This document shows positions 33,140-43,230 of a stretch of DNA of 64,000 bases, in pieces. Both the position numbers and the translations under genes were made by a program. This DNA is from an uncultured Clostridium sp. Lineage in GTDB: Bacteria; Bacillota; Clostridia; TANB77; CAG-508. The stretch is from contig CAOKQM010000001.1 of assembly GCA_948470875.1 (NCBI GenBank), positions 19,993-83,992 of the forward strand. The letters are read 5' to 3'. The notes below the pieces were generated by a model. It ran no database searches, was not told the DNA's origin, and saw only the letters and a list, made by a program, of their open reading frames with translations. Numbering within the stretch: the first letter of the stretch is position 1; the number at the start of each line of letters is the position of its first letter.

Positions 33140-33328
33140 GAATTTACAATTCACATTATACTACTACAAGATAGATTTTGTCAATACTATTTTGGTAGAA
33201 TCAAAAAATTTATCCAGAATGCTAAAAATAAAAATTGTGTTGATTTATCATAAAAATGATTAATTAGCACAATTTTTTGCATAAAATCAAAAATCTAGTG
33301 CATAATACCATTAGAATGTTAAGAAAGG

Positions 33329-33523
33329 ATGAGAGAAATGGGAACTTTAAATCAAGCAGAATTGCAAAATTTAAGGCATTTGATAGGAGCACAACAAACC
33401 AGTTATGAAAAATTAACCAATTATGCGGACAATAGTGTTGACCCACAAATCAAGCAAATATTAAATAAAGCAGCACAAGATTCGTTAAACACAAAACAAA
33501 AATTAATGTCATTTTTTAATTAG
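33329..33523 (+). CDS. spore coat protein F (CotF)-like small protein
   Basis: 64 aa, Gln-rich helical; pairs with the downstream Coat_F-like gene. Confidence 0.45.
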   Translation: MREMGTLNQAELQNLRHLIGAQQTSYEKLTNYADNSVDPQIKQILNKAAQDSLNTKQKLMSFFN

Positions 33524-33531
33524 GAGGGAAC

Positions 33532-33777
33532 ATGGAAGAAAAATATATGGTAAATGATATTTTAGAATGTACAAAATCAAGCTTAAAAGACTACGAAGGA
33601 GCTATTATTGAAACAGCGAATATGGAGCTTAGACAAACATTCCAAAATTTGAGAAATTCACAAGAGAGTTTTCAGTATGAATTGTTTAAGTTAGCAGAAT
33701 CAAAAGGGTATTATGTGCCAGCAGAAAATGCGAAACCAGAAGAAATTCAAAAAGTGAAAAATGAATTATCTAATTAA
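33532..33777 (+). CDS. spore coat protein F (Coat_F domain) family protein
   Basis: ILECTKSSLKDYEGAIIETANMELRQTFQNLRNSQESFQYELFKLAESKGYY resembles the Coat_F consensus (...LRQ.F......E.....F.....GWY). Confidence 0.55.
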   Translation: MEEKYMVNDILECTKSSLKDYEGAIIETANMELRQTFQNLRNSQESFQYELFKLAESKGYYVPAENAKPEEIQKVKNELSN

Positions 33778-33781
33778 AAAT

Positions 33782-33819
33782 AAGAGATTGCAGTTTGCTT
33801 TTGCAATCTCTTGTTTTTT
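33782..33819. terminator. bidirectional rho-independent terminator between the cotF-like gene and the DUF975 gene
   Basis: AAGAGATTGCA...TGCAATCTCTT stem followed by GTTTTTT. Confidence 0.65.
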
Positions 33820-33820
33820 G

Positions 33821-34567
33821 TTAAAATGATTCTTTTTTTATAAAACTTGGTTCACCAGCTAAATTTCGATAAAAATTAATTTCCGAGATTTGCTTATAAG
33901 GAATTAGCCAAAATAGACCGATTCCAAACGTTAGACTAGAAACAAATGCCCAACCAAGAAAGCTTAAATTTAGACAAATTAATGACCAGATATTGCCTTT
34001 CATTAATTCAGCGCTTTTTTCAACTGCTTCTTTTCCAGAGATTTCGGGATTATCGTACAAAACAAATAAGCTAAGTTTATAAGAAAATTGTTTCATAATC
34101 AAATAAAAAATTGCAGTAAAAAACAAAATAACAGTAAAAAGCGTTAAAATAAAATTGGAAATAGAATTTGTTATCCAGACTGAAGAAGTTAGATAAGCTC
34201 TATTTACCAAGACAAGAAGAATGTCACATCCAATTACAAGCAAAATTGGGATAAGTAGTTTTAAAAATGTGTGAAATATAACACTCCAAGTTTTTCCAAA
34301 ATAGGAATAGGAATTAGATAAACCCAATTCCAAAAAAGCAAAGTAGCCAACTTTGTTTTCATCATTCATTCTAAAATAGGAGCTTAAAAGTCCAAAAGTC
34401 AATGGAAACAAGAGAATAAAAGATAGAAGTGGACCAAGGATAATAAACTGTAAACCATAAGAGATTATAAAATTTATAGCCAAAAAAGTAAAGGTAAGTA
34501 AGGCCGCTTTTCCCCAATTGCCAGAAAGTTTTTCACGAGCTTGTGCTCTAATTTGACTTGTTTTCAC
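33821..34567 (-). CDS. DUF975-family integral membrane protein
   Basis: MKTSQIRAQAREKLSGNWGKAALLTFTFL N-terminus typical of DUF975 proteins; about six TM helices. Confidence 0.55.
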   Translation of the reverse strand: MKTSQIRAQAREKLSGNWGKAALLTFTFLAINFIISYGLQFIILGPLLSFILLFPLTFGLLSSYFRMNDENKVGYFAFLELGLSNSYSYFGKTWSVIFHTFLKLLIPILLVIGCDILLVLVNRAYLTSSVWITNSISNFILTLFTVILFFTAIFYLIMKQFSYKLSLFVLYDNPEISGKEAVEKSAELMKGNIWSLICLNLSFLGWAFVSSLTFGIGLFWLIPYKQISEINFYRNLAGEPSFIKKESF

Positions 34568-34779
34568 AATAAAAGTCCTCCTTTGTAAATTATCTTATGA
34601 TAAAAAGTATATAATAATGATTGCAAAAAAGCAACAAAAAATTAAAAAGTAAGAATAGCAAAATTAGAGTGAGCTTTTTAAAGAAAATGATAAATAAATC
34701 ATGAAAAACTGAATTTTTTCGTGTTGCTAAAAAGGCAAAAAAAAGATAAAATACGATTATGATATAAGAACCAAGGGGA

Positions 34780-35799
34780 GTGTTTAAAATAAAAAGTTTA
34801 TTAAAAAACACAGTAATTCACGTAAGAACAGGATTTAAGTTAGCCTTATTATTTATCATAGGAATGGCAATTATTTCATTTCTTATTTTTGTTGTTTATA
34901 AACCTATGTATAGTGTTTCATTAAACAATGAATTTTTAGGCTATACATCCGATAAAAGTGACTTACAAAGCAAATTAAATGAATATATGAAAAGTGGGGA
35001 TAACAATTCTGTTGCTTTTGTTGAAATAGATGATTTACCAGAATATAAAATATGCTTATTGAAAAAAGGTCTTACTGCAAATGACGATGAAATTTTATCA
35101 AAAGTTGTAAGTACTGGAACACCCTATTATAAATATTATGCTATTTTGGAAAATGGGATAGAAAAATGCTGGGTATCAACATTTGCAGAGGCGGAACAAA
35201 TCATTAATGGCTTAAAAGAAAAAAAGAGTCATAATAAAGATACGGTTTCTTACATAGTAAAATATGATACACAATTAGCTACATTAACCAATACAGAAAC
35301 AGCGATTGCTTCTTTGTATGTTAATCCGCCAGTCAATACCAAAACACCAGCTAAAACAACTACAGGAAAAAATACAGTAGTTTATAAAAATTCATCTTTG
35401 GGACTAGCAGCAATCCAGCAACCAGTTTCAGGCTCACTTACTTCAAGATTTGGAGTTCGAAGCAGAATTCGTTCATCAGCTCACACAGGTTTAGATATTG
35501 CAACATCTTCTGGAACGCCAATGATACCAGTTACAGCAGGAAAAGTTACATATGCTGGTTACAAAGGTTCTTATGGAAATTTATTAATAATCAATCATGG
35601 CAAAAATGCAAATGGACAAACAATAGAAACTTATTATGCACATTGTAGTCGATTAAATGTAAGTGTAGGAGATGTTGTAGATGAAAATACAATTATTGCT
35701 TATGTAGGTTCAACAGGAAATTCAACAGGTCCACATCTGCATCTTGAAATTAGAATTAATGGAACTGCTGTGAATCCACAAAATTATTTGTATAATTAA
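34780..35799 (+). CDS. M23 family metallopeptidase (LytM-type), membrane-anchored
   Basis: GTG start with AAGGGGAG RBS; N-terminal TM. C-terminal SSAHTGLDIA (HxxxD), YGNLLIINHG, GSTGNSTGPHLHLEI (HxH). Confidence 0.8.
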   Translation: MFKIKSLLKNTVIHVRTGFKLALLFIIGMAIISFLIFVVYKPMYSVSLNNEFLGYTSDKSDLQSKLNEYMKSGDNNSVAFVEIDDLPEYKICLLKKGLTANDDEILSKVVSTGTPYYKYYAILENGIEKCWVSTFAEAEQIINGLKEKKSHNKDTVSYIVKYDTQLATLTNTETAIASLYVNPPVNTKTPAKTTTGKNTVVYKNSSLGLAAIQQPVSGSLTSRFGVRSRIRSSAHTGLDIATSSGTPMIPVTAGKVTYAGYKGSYGNLLIINHGKNANGQTIETYYAHCSRLNVSVGDVVDENTIIAYVGSTGNSTGPHLHLEIRINGTAVNPQNYLYN

Positions 35800-35835
35800 A
35801 CAAAGCACTCTTTGAAAGAGTGTTTTTTTGCATTC
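35800..35835 (+). terminator. rho-independent terminator after the M23 peptidase gene
   Basis: CACTCTTT-GA-AAGAGTG followed by TTTTTTT. Confidence 0.6.
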
Positions 35836-35912
35836 TTTTTGTCATATTTTTTCTTTCAATCCATAGGATTATTTTAAGGTATATAACACAAAATAAGAAA
35901 AGGAGGATGGCA

Positions 35913-36654
35913 ATGGAAGGAATCGGGAGTATTACCATTTATGGATTAATATTTGGGATGTTAGGAACAACCTTAGGTGGATTTATAGGTGCTTTTTTAA
36001 AAGTAAAATCAAACCGAATTCTAAGTTTTGTTTTAGAATTTGCAGCAGGACTTATGACAGCTATTATTTGTTTTGATTTAATCCCAGAAGCATTAGAATT
36101 TTCTAATATTACAGGTTGCATTTTAGGAATGCTAATTGGTGTGATAATGATGATTTTGTGTGATGCATTAATTAGTAAAATTAATTTTGCTAAAAAAAAT
36201 ATAAAAAATAATCATTTATTTAAAACAGGAATGATTATTTGTATCGGTTTGGCAGTACACAATTTTCCAGAAGGAATTGCGATTGGTTCGGGATTTGATG
36301 CGTCGACTAGTTTGGGGCTTTCACTTGCCATTGCGATTGCCATACATGATGTACCAGAGCGGAATTTCAATTGCTCTTCCTATTAATAATAGTGGCTATG
36401 GGAAATTCAAAGCTATTTTACTAACCGCATTATCTGGTGTAACAACAGGAATGGGAGCATTTTTTGGAGCCATTATTGGAAATATTTCAAAAGAGTTAAT
36501 TGGAATTTCATTGGCTTTTGCAGCAGGCGCAATGCTGTATATTGTTTCTTGTGAATTAATTCCACAATCCAATCAAATGTACAAAGGAAGATTTTCTTCG
36601 TTTGGAAATATTTTAGGAATTACTTTAGGAATTTTGGCAAAAGTAATTGTGTAA
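35913..36654 (+). pseudogene. zupT: ZIP-family zinc transporter (ZupT-like); +1 frameshift at in-frame CGG 36360-36362
   Basis: AGGAGG RBS before ATG 35913. TM helices; AIAIAIHDVPE in frame 1 and GISIALPINN...LAFAAGAMLYIV in frame 2. Deleting the C restores the conserved HDVPEGISIA (HxxPEG) motif. Confidence 0.8.
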
Positions 36655-36683
36655 CAAATGCCTAGAAAATTTTGATTTGGCTA

Positions 36684-36712
36684 AAACTAAAAAGTCGCTT
36701 TTTATGGAAGCG
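36684..36712. terminator. bidirectional terminator between zupT and mecA
   Basis: AAGTCGCTT...AAGCGACTT stem flanked by T-runs. Confidence 0.55.
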
Positions 36713-36723
36713 ACTTTCTCTTT

Positions 36724-37323
36724 TTAATGAATTTTATGTAGTGCATTTTCTGTTACGAATGTTGCATATTCTTTGATTTTTTGTAAAGTGCAATCCGAAG
36801 CCTCTACGCAAACAGCAAATTCACTAATGATACTGGATAAAATAGGAGCAAACTCAGGGTTGAAATTTTGTAAAACCAAGAAGAAAGAATCCTTGTATTG
36901 ATAAAGTGAATTTGTATCTGAAATATAATCAGCAAATTTTGGTAATGAATGTAATACAAAATTTTCAAAATTGCAGAAATCATCAAAGTTTGAAAATTTG
37001 TAAATTAATTTGGCAGAAGAAACAGAAAGATTCTTCCTGCGAGCCTGTACGCGATTTGATTTTAAAACTTCTTTTTCAATACGTGTAACAGTAAGAATAA
37101 AAGTGCCATTGCTCAAAGCAATCGCTTCTACACAAAGTTTATAATTATCTGTGATAAATCCAACTTCGCGTTCTGCTTCGTCTAACATTGTCAAAAATAA
37201 ACTTTGACTTTCAATTGAATTAGACATAAATGAATGCACATCCACATTATTTTTTTGTAAATCACCATGATTAAAAGTAATCCTAATTTTATTTTCATTT
37301 AGTTTTTCAAATTTCATGAGCAA
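36724..37323 (-). CDS. mecA: adaptor protein MecA
   Basis: N-terminus MKFEKLNENKIRITFNHGDLQKNNVD like MecA (MKIERI..T.....DL...G); about 200 aa with a conserved C-terminal domain. Confidence 0.65.
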   Translation of the reverse strand: MLMKFEKLNENKIRITFNHGDLQKNNVDVHSFMSNSIESQSLFLTMLDEAEREVGFITDNYKLCVEAIALSNGTFILTVTRIEKEVLKSNRVQARRKNLSVSSAKLIYKFSNFDDFCNFENFVLHSLPKFADYISDTNSLYQYKDSFFLVLQNFNPEFAPILSSIISEFAVCVEASDCTLQKIKEYATFVTENALHKIH

Positions 37324-37528
37324 ACCTCCTAAACATAATTAATTATACTACTTTAGCCACAAAAGTAAATACTAAATTTCTGGAAAAAAAGTAACTACTA
37401 TCTAATTATATTAAGAAATATTGAAAAATGTACTAAAATTACTTGAAAAAAACAGATTATCAAGATATAATAAGAAATAATAAAAAAGAGGATTTGCTGG
37501 GGGATTAATTTGAGCAGAAAGGATAACA

Positions 37529-38209
37529 ATGAAAACAAAAATGAAAACCTTACCAATGTCAGAAAGACCCTATGAAAAACTGCTTAATTATGGCGAAGAA
37601 TCTTTAAGCAATAGTGAGTTATTAGCCATTATTATTAAAACGGGAACAAAAGAAAAAACAGCCCTGGATTTAGCAAGCCAAGTGATGAATTTAAGTGAAG
37701 AAGAAAATGTGAACGATTTAAGATTTTTACAACAGATTTCCATTCATGAGCTAATGAAAATCAAAGGAATTGGAAGAGTCAAAGCGATTGAATTAAAAGC
37801 ATTAGGCGAAATTGCCAAAAGAATGTCAAAACCAATTAATTTAAATAAAGTATGTTTGAAAACAAAAGCAGATGTGGCAAACTTAGTCATGCAGGAAATG
37901 CGTTATGAAAAAAATGAAGTATTAAAACTGATTTTACTCAATCATAAAAATATTGTACAAAAAATGGTGACAGTTGCAACTGGAAAAGATAATACACTCA
38001 TTTTTGATATAAAACAAATCTTATCAGAACCAATTAAATTGCAAATTCCTAGAATTGTTTTAGTGCATAATCATCCGAGTGGGAACGCAAAACCAAGCAA
38101 AGAAGACATTTTAGCAACTAAGAAAATTCGCGAAGCTTGTGATTTAATGGGAATTTTGTTATTAGACCATATCATCATAGGAGATGGCCAATATCATAGT
38201 GCCATGTAA
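37529..38209 (+). CDS. radC: RadC-family (JAB/MPN domain) protein
   Basis: N-terminal HhH-like ERPYEKLLNYGEESLSNSELLAIIIKTG and IKGIGRVKAIEL; C-terminal JAMM-like HNHPSGNAKPSKEDILATKKI. Confidence 0.8.
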   Translation: MKTKMKTLPMSERPYEKLLNYGEESLSNSELLAIIIKTGTKEKTALDLASQVMNLSEEENVNDLRFLQQISIHELMKIKGIGRVKAIELKALGEIAKRMSKPINLNKVCLKTKADVANLVMQEMRYEKNEVLKLILLNHKNIVQKMVTVATGKDNTLIFDIKQILSEPIKLQIPRIVLVHNHPSGNAKPSKEDILATKKIREACDLMGILLLDHIIIGDGQYHSAM

Positions 38210-38243
38210 AATTTATCAATCAAAAATAAAAGGAATGAAGATT

Positions 38244-39062
38244 ATGAATAAAAATAAGCAATCGAATTTATTAGGTGGAATTTTAACTTTAATTATATTA
38301 ATTTTGCTAATATTTCTTTCTAATGTAAAACTGGATAAATTGTCTTTTTTAGAAAGTGCAATTAGTTCAGTTGTTACACCAATTCAAAGAGTATTTACTG
38401 ATTTAAAAAATAAAATTCAAGGAAATTCTGCTTATTTTACTGATATGGAAAATTTGCAATTGGAAAATGAGCAATTGAAAAATCGAAATAGTCAACTTGA
38501 AACGGAGTTAAGAGAACTAGAAAGCATCAAATCAGACAATGTAATTTTGCAAGAATACATGAATTTAACACAAAAATATGCTGATTATAATACGATTCCA
38601 GCGTATGTGATTAATAAAGATGTAAGCAATTATAGTAGTGATTTAATCATTAATGTAGGAAAAAATGATGGAGTAGAAGTCAATATGACAGTCATTGCAG
38701 ACAAAGGATTGGTTGGTCATATTATATCTGTTACAGAGCATACAGCCAAAGTACAAGTAATTGTAGACCCGGCTAGCACAGTAAGCTGCAATATTAGCAC
38801 AACAGAAGAAAGCATCATTTGCAAAGGAACATTAGAAACCAATAAGCAAATTTTGAGAGCTTCTTATATTCCAACAGAAGCAGAATTAATCCAAGGCGAT
38901 AATGTTTATACATCAGGTTTAGGAGGAATTTATAGAAAGGGAATTTTGATTGGTACAATCGAAGAAATCATCACAACGAGCAATTCGACGGATCGTTATG
39001 CAAAAATAAAACCTGCTATTGATTTTTCAGCAGTAGACACGGTATTGGTCATTAATAATTAA
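38244..39062 (+). CDS. mreC: rod shape-determining protein MreC
   Basis: N-terminal TM, coiled-coil (LQLENEQLKNRNSQLETELREL), beta-rich C-terminal domain (GLVGHIISVTEHTAKVQVIVD, SGLGGIYRKGILIGTIEE). Start chosen at ATG 38244 (RBS spacing). Confidence 0.8.
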   Translation: MNKNKQSNLLGGILTLIILILLIFLSNVKLDKLSFLESAISSVVTPIQRVFTDLKNKIQGNSAYFTDMENLQLENEQLKNRNSQLETELRELESIKSDNVILQEYMNLTQKYADYNTIPAYVINKDVSNYSSDLIINVGKNDGVEVNMTVIADKGLVGHIISVTEHTAKVQVIVDPASTVSCNISTTEESIICKGTLETNKQILRASYIPTEAELIQGDNVYTSGLGGIYRKGILIGTIEEIITTSNSTDRYAKIKPAIDFSAVDTVLVINN

Positions 39063-39088
39063 TGTTAATGACAAGAAAGGAAGGCAGA

Positions 39089-39622
39089 ATGAAAAAAGCA
39101 AGTAGTATCATTTTTTTAATTCTAACATTTTTTCTAATATTTTTCTTACAAGCAAATATATTTCAAAATTTTACAATAGCAGGTGTTATGCCAAATTTAT
39201 TTGTGATTTTTATTTTATTTGTTGGATTATCTGCCAACACCACATTGGGCGTAACATTTGGTGTTATAACAGGACTTATGATAGATATTGTATATAGTAA
39301 AAATATTGGAATAACAGCTATTATGTTATGTGTGATTGGGTATTTGGGGGCTTATTTTGACCGAAATTTTTCCAAAGAAAATAAAATTACAATTATTGTG
39401 ATGATTGCTGTAGCTACAATTATTTTCGAAAGTGGATATTATGCTTTAAATGCGATTATGCTAGGATTTGATGCAGAAATGATGCAATTTGTAAAAATAT
39501 TGCTGATTGAAATTTTGTATAATATCTTGCTTACTATTCTTTTATATCCTATTATACAAAAAGCAGGATATGGCATGGATAGAACATTTAAGAAAAACAA
39601 TATTCTAACTCGATATTTTTAA
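39089..39622 (+). CDS. mreD: rod shape-determining protein MreD
   Basis: About 177 aa, five TM helices, sits between mreC and mrdA. Confidence 0.65.
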   Translation: MKKASSIIFLILTFFLIFFLQANIFQNFTIAGVMPNLFVIFILFVGLSANTTLGVTFGVITGLMIDIVYSKNIGITAIMLCVIGYLGAYFDRNFSKENKITIIVMIAVATIIFESGYYALNAIMLGFDAEMMQFVKILLIEILYNILLTILLYPIIQKAGYGMDRTFKKNNILTRYF

Positions 39623-39634
39623 AATAGATAAGAG

Positions 39635-41758
39635 GTGAAAAAAACGAAACAGAAAAGTGAATTAGAAAAATTAAATTTTAGATTTAATATTTTGTCCATC
39701 TTAATTTATATTGTTGGTGTTGTAATTTTGGTCAAATTATTTGACTTGCAAATTGTAAATGGACAAGAATATAGAGAAAATTCGGATACAAGATTATCCA
39801 GAGAATCTACTATTGAAGCAGCCAGAGGAAGCATTTTAGATAGATCAGGAAACACATTAATTAGCACAGATATGAGTTTTTCTTTAGAAATGTATAAAAC
39901 AAAGGTAGAAGATGAGCAATTAAATGATTCGATTTTACTTATGACCAATATATTAGAAAGCAATGGAGATAGCTATATTGATACATTTCCAATTAGCATT
40001 AACCCATTTGAATATCATTTTGAATCAGATGAAAAACTAGCAAAATGGAAAAAAACATACAAAATTCCAGATACTGCTTCACCAGAAGAAGCGTTTTATC
40101 TAATGAGAGACAAATATAACATCAAAACGGATGATGTTAGCGATATTCGCAAAATTTTAGCCATTCGCTATAGCATCACAACAACAGGTTATTCTACAAC
40201 AAAATCGATTGAGATTTCAAATGAAATTTCAAGAGAAAGTGCTGTACAACTTCAAGAAAGAGGAGAAGAACTAATTGGTATTAATATTGTAACAGAACCA
40301 ATTAGAAAATATTATGTTGGAAATATGGCGTCTCATATTTTAGGTTATATGGGAAGAATTTCTAAACCAGATCAAGATGAGTTAGCAAAAAGCGGAGATA
40401 CTTATCAATATCAGCCAACAGATAAAATTGGAAAAACCGGAATTGAAAAAGTTTTTGAAGAATATTTAAGAGGTGAAGATGGCGTAAAGCAAATTGATAT
40501 GTCAGTTGATGGAACTATAACAGGAGAATATACGACTAAAGAAGCAATTGGAGGATCTGATATTGTATTGACCATTGATTCGAATTTGCAAAGAATTACA
40601 GAAAATGCATTAATATCAAATATTGAAAAAATTAGGTCAGGTGGTTTTTCACAGGCATATGACACAAAAGGTGGTGCTGTTGTTGTAACCAATGTAAAAA
40701 CAGGAGAAATTCTTGCCATGGCAAGTTATCCAGATTATGAACCAGGCTTGTTTTATAATGGAATTAGTAACGAAAAATATGATGAATACATTAACAATCC
40801 ATTAAAACCGTTGCACAATCGAACCATACAAAGTACGTATGCTCCAGGTTCTACTTTTAAAATGATTACGGCAATTGCTGCATTAGAGACAGGTGTAACC
40901 AATACAACAGAAAAAATTAATGATAATGGACCATATCCAGCGGCTCATCATCCAGCTTGTTGGTATTATAATGATTATAAAAGAGGACATGGACCATTAA
41001 ATGTTTCAGGCGCAATTGAAAAATCATGCAATTATTTTTTCTATGAAGTGAGCAATCGAATGGGGATTGACAATTTAGAATTATATTCAAAATACTTTGG
41101 ATTAGGTAGAAAAACAGGAATTCAATTATATAATGAAAGAGCTGGAACAATTGCTAATCGAAGAATTACAGAAAACAAGGGAACTTCTTGGGGAATTGGT
41201 GATACATTATCTGCTTCAATTGGGCAAGGATACAATAACTTTACACCAGTTCAAATGGCAAAATACATTTCCATGGTTGCCAATGGTGGTCATAAAATTG
41301 ATTTAAGTATTGTAAAAAGTGTGATGAAATCAGATGGTACACAAGTGCCACAGTCAGAAGTGCAAGAATTTACGAAACATAAGTTAGGCTTAGAGCAAGA
41401 GGATATACAAGATTTGCAAATTAGTCAAGAAACGATTAGTGCTGTATTAGAAGGCATGAAATCTGTTACAACAGATCAAGGTGGAACCGCCTATTCGGTA
41501 TTTTCTGATTTTAATATTATAGTTGGTGGTAAAACAGGTTCAGCAGAAACTGATGTAGGAGATGTTAATGCATGGTTTGTTGGATTTGCACCATTTGATG
41601 AACCAGAAATTGCTGTTGTTATTATTGTGGAAAATGGTGGACATGGTAATTATACAGCAGAAGTGGTAAGAGAAATCATAGCAGAATATTTTGGGATGAA
41701 TATTCAAAGTGTGAATGAAGATATGTCAGCTGAAAATGAAATGGAGTTTTTTAGATAA
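39635..41758 (+). CDS. mrdA: penicillin-binding protein 2 (elongasome transpeptidase)
   Basis: N-terminal TM plus dimerisation domain; transpeptidase motifs STFK (APGSTFKMITA), SCN (KSCNYFF), KTGS (GKTGSAE). Confidence 0.85.
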   Translation: MKKTKQKSELEKLNFRFNILSILIYIVGVVILVKLFDLQIVNGQEYRENSDTRLSRESTIEAARGSILDRSGNTLISTDMSFSLEMYKTKVEDEQLNDSILLMTNILESNGDSYIDTFPISINPFEYHFESDEKLAKWKKTYKIPDTASPEEAFYLMRDKYNIKTDDVSDIRKILAIRYSITTTGYSTTKSIEISNEISRESAVQLQERGEELIGINIVTEPIRKYYVGNMASHILGYMGRISKPDQDELAKSGDTYQYQPTDKIGKTGIEKVFEEYLRGEDGVKQIDMSVDGTITGEYTTKEAIGGSDIVLTIDSNLQRITENALISNIEKIRSGGFSQAYDTKGGAVVVTNVKTGEILAMASYPDYEPGLFYNGISNEKYDEYINNPLKPLHNRTIQSTYAPGSTFKMITAIAALETGVTNTTEKINDNGPYPAAHHPACWYYNDYKRGHGPLNVSGAIEKSCNYFFYEVSNRMGIDNLELYSKYFGLGRKTGIQLYNERAGTIANRRITENKGTSWGIGDTLSASIGQGYNNFTPVQMAKYISMVANGGHKIDLSIVKSVMKSDGTQVPQSEVQEFTKHKLGLEQEDIQDLQISQETISAVLEGMKSVTTDQGGTAYSVFSDFNIIVGGKTGSAETDVGDVNAWFVGFAPFDEPEIAVVIIVENGGHGNYTAEVVREIIAEYFGMNIQSVNEDMSAENEMEFFR

Positions 41759-41774
41759 ATAAGGAGGATGTAAA

Positions 41775-42380
41775 ATGTTAAATAATGTATTAATCAAACA
41801 AACAACAGAAGAAATTATTTTAAATATTAATGTACAGGCAACGCAAACCCAAATTGTAGAAGAACTGCAAGAAAAATTACCTAGGCTAAAAGAGTTTTAC
41901 AAAAATGCAGAATTACCAATTCGTGTAACAGGAAAATTGTTTACAGAAAAGGAAAAAAGAATTATAAAAAAAATGATTGTTTCGGAAATTAATGTAGAAG
42001 TTAGATTTGATACACCTTCAGAATTATTGGGGTTACACGCGATTAAAAAAACATTTGAAGTAGAAACAGAAATCTCTGAAACAAAATATGTGTATAATTC
42101 TGTGCGTTCAGGAAATAAAGAAGAATATGCTGGAAGTATTGTTATTTGTGGAGATGTAAATTCAGGTGCAGAAGTAGTTGTTGGTGGAAATATTACCATT
42201 TTGGGTACATTAAGAGGTGTTGCACATGCTGGAGCAAACGGCAATATGAAAGCAATTGTAGCGGCAAATACCATTGAGCCAACTCAAATTCGAATTTCAA
42301 ATTTAGTAAAAGAAGTAACTGAAAAACAAGAGAAATGTCCCATTTTTGGCATCAAAAATAACACCATAGAACTTTTATAA
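41775..42380 (+). CDS. minC: septum site-determining protein MinC
   Basis: C-terminal beta-helix GSIVICGDVNSGAEVVVGGNITILGTLRGVAHAGANGNMKAIVAA typical of MinC. No minD or minE follows. Confidence 0.7.
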   Translation: MLNNVLIKQTTEEIILNINVQATQTQIVEELQEKLPRLKEFYKNAELPIRVTGKLFTEKEKRIIKKMIVSEINVEVRFDTPSELLGLHAIKKTFEVETEISETKYVYNSVRSGNKEEYAGSIVICGDVNSGAEVVVGGNITILGTLRGVAHAGANGNMKAIVAANTIEPTQIRISNLVKEVTEKQEKCPIFGIKNNTIELL

Positions 42381-42788
42381 AATTAGCAAAAATAAGATAA
42401 CCATTAAAATAAAATCATAATTAACTTCACTTAAAAACTTAAATGATTTTTTGTCATCAAAAGAATCTAGAACGGTTAAAAGATTAGCAATCTTGATATA
42501 TTGTTCTAGTTTTTCTTTTTTTGTTTCTTCTAAATATGGTTTTAAGGAATATAATAATTGATTTCTAGGACCATTTTTGTTATTCATACTTCCCATAATA
42601 TCTTTTATTTTTAAAATTGTATTAATATCAAATGAAAAATCATCATGTTGATTATCATTTTTATTCTCATGCTCATTATCAGCATCATTAGGCGGATTGT
42701 TTCCGCCTAAAATGCTGTTTAAATCAATATCTTTTTCTTTTAAAATATCTGAGAAATTATTTAAAATGTTTGTGAAATCTTCGTTCAT
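42375..42788 (-). CDS. hypothetical acidic protein with C-terminal hydrophobic tail
   Basis: 137 aa, Asp/Asn-rich, ending FILMVILFLLIL. No family recognised. Confidence 0.4.
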   Translation of the reverse strand: MNEDFTNILNNFSDILKEKDIDLNSILGGNNPPNDADNEHENKNDNQHDDFSFDINTILKIKDIMGSMNNKNGPRNQLLYSLKPYLEETKKEKLEQYIKIANLLTVLDSFDDKKSFKFLSEVNYDFILMVILFLLIL

Positions 42789-42790
42789 AC

Positions 42791-42919
42791 TTACTCCTGT
42801 TTATCAAAATTTTTCTTAATATCAGAATTATTTAGAATTTGTTGAGCACGATATATGTTTTTTTCGAGTTCTTTTTTGTCCATTTTAGAAAGAATTGAAA
42901 GCAATTGGTTAATATCCAT
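42791..42919 (-). CDS. possible small ORF (42 aa), MDINQLLSILSKMDKKELEKNIYRAQQILNNSDIKKNFDKQE
   Basis: Below the ORF-track cutoff. Ends 2 nt before the start of the 42375..42788 ORF; RBS weak or distant. Confidence 0.25.
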   Translation of the reverse strand: MDINQLLSILSKMDKKELEKNIYRAQQILNNSDIKKNFDKQE

Positions 42920-43230
42920 ATTATTGTTATTCAATCAAAACGCCTCCTTAGAAATTATACTTTATACATTATATGCAAATGAACTTAAAAATGTAACTTT
43001 TTTCAAAAATAAAAAAATTTCACCTGTGGATAACTTTTTTTAATGCCTGTTATGGAAATGTAACATAAATTTAATACAAACTTAACATTTTTTGGAAATG
43101 CCTATTTTCCGTAAAAAGGGATTGTAAAAAAGTGCCACAAATCAAGATAAAAAGGAAATTTCTACTATTTACAAAAAAATTAAATTACTTTAATATAGTA
43201 TAAGAATTATATTAAATAAAGAGGGGAAAA

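Noticed and set aside
35820-35912. N-terminal extension of the ZIP transporter ORF (MFFCILFVIFFLSIHRIIL...)
   Set aside because: An AGGAGG RBS sits 6 nt before ATG 35913, and homologues start at MEGIG. The extension is probably untranslated.
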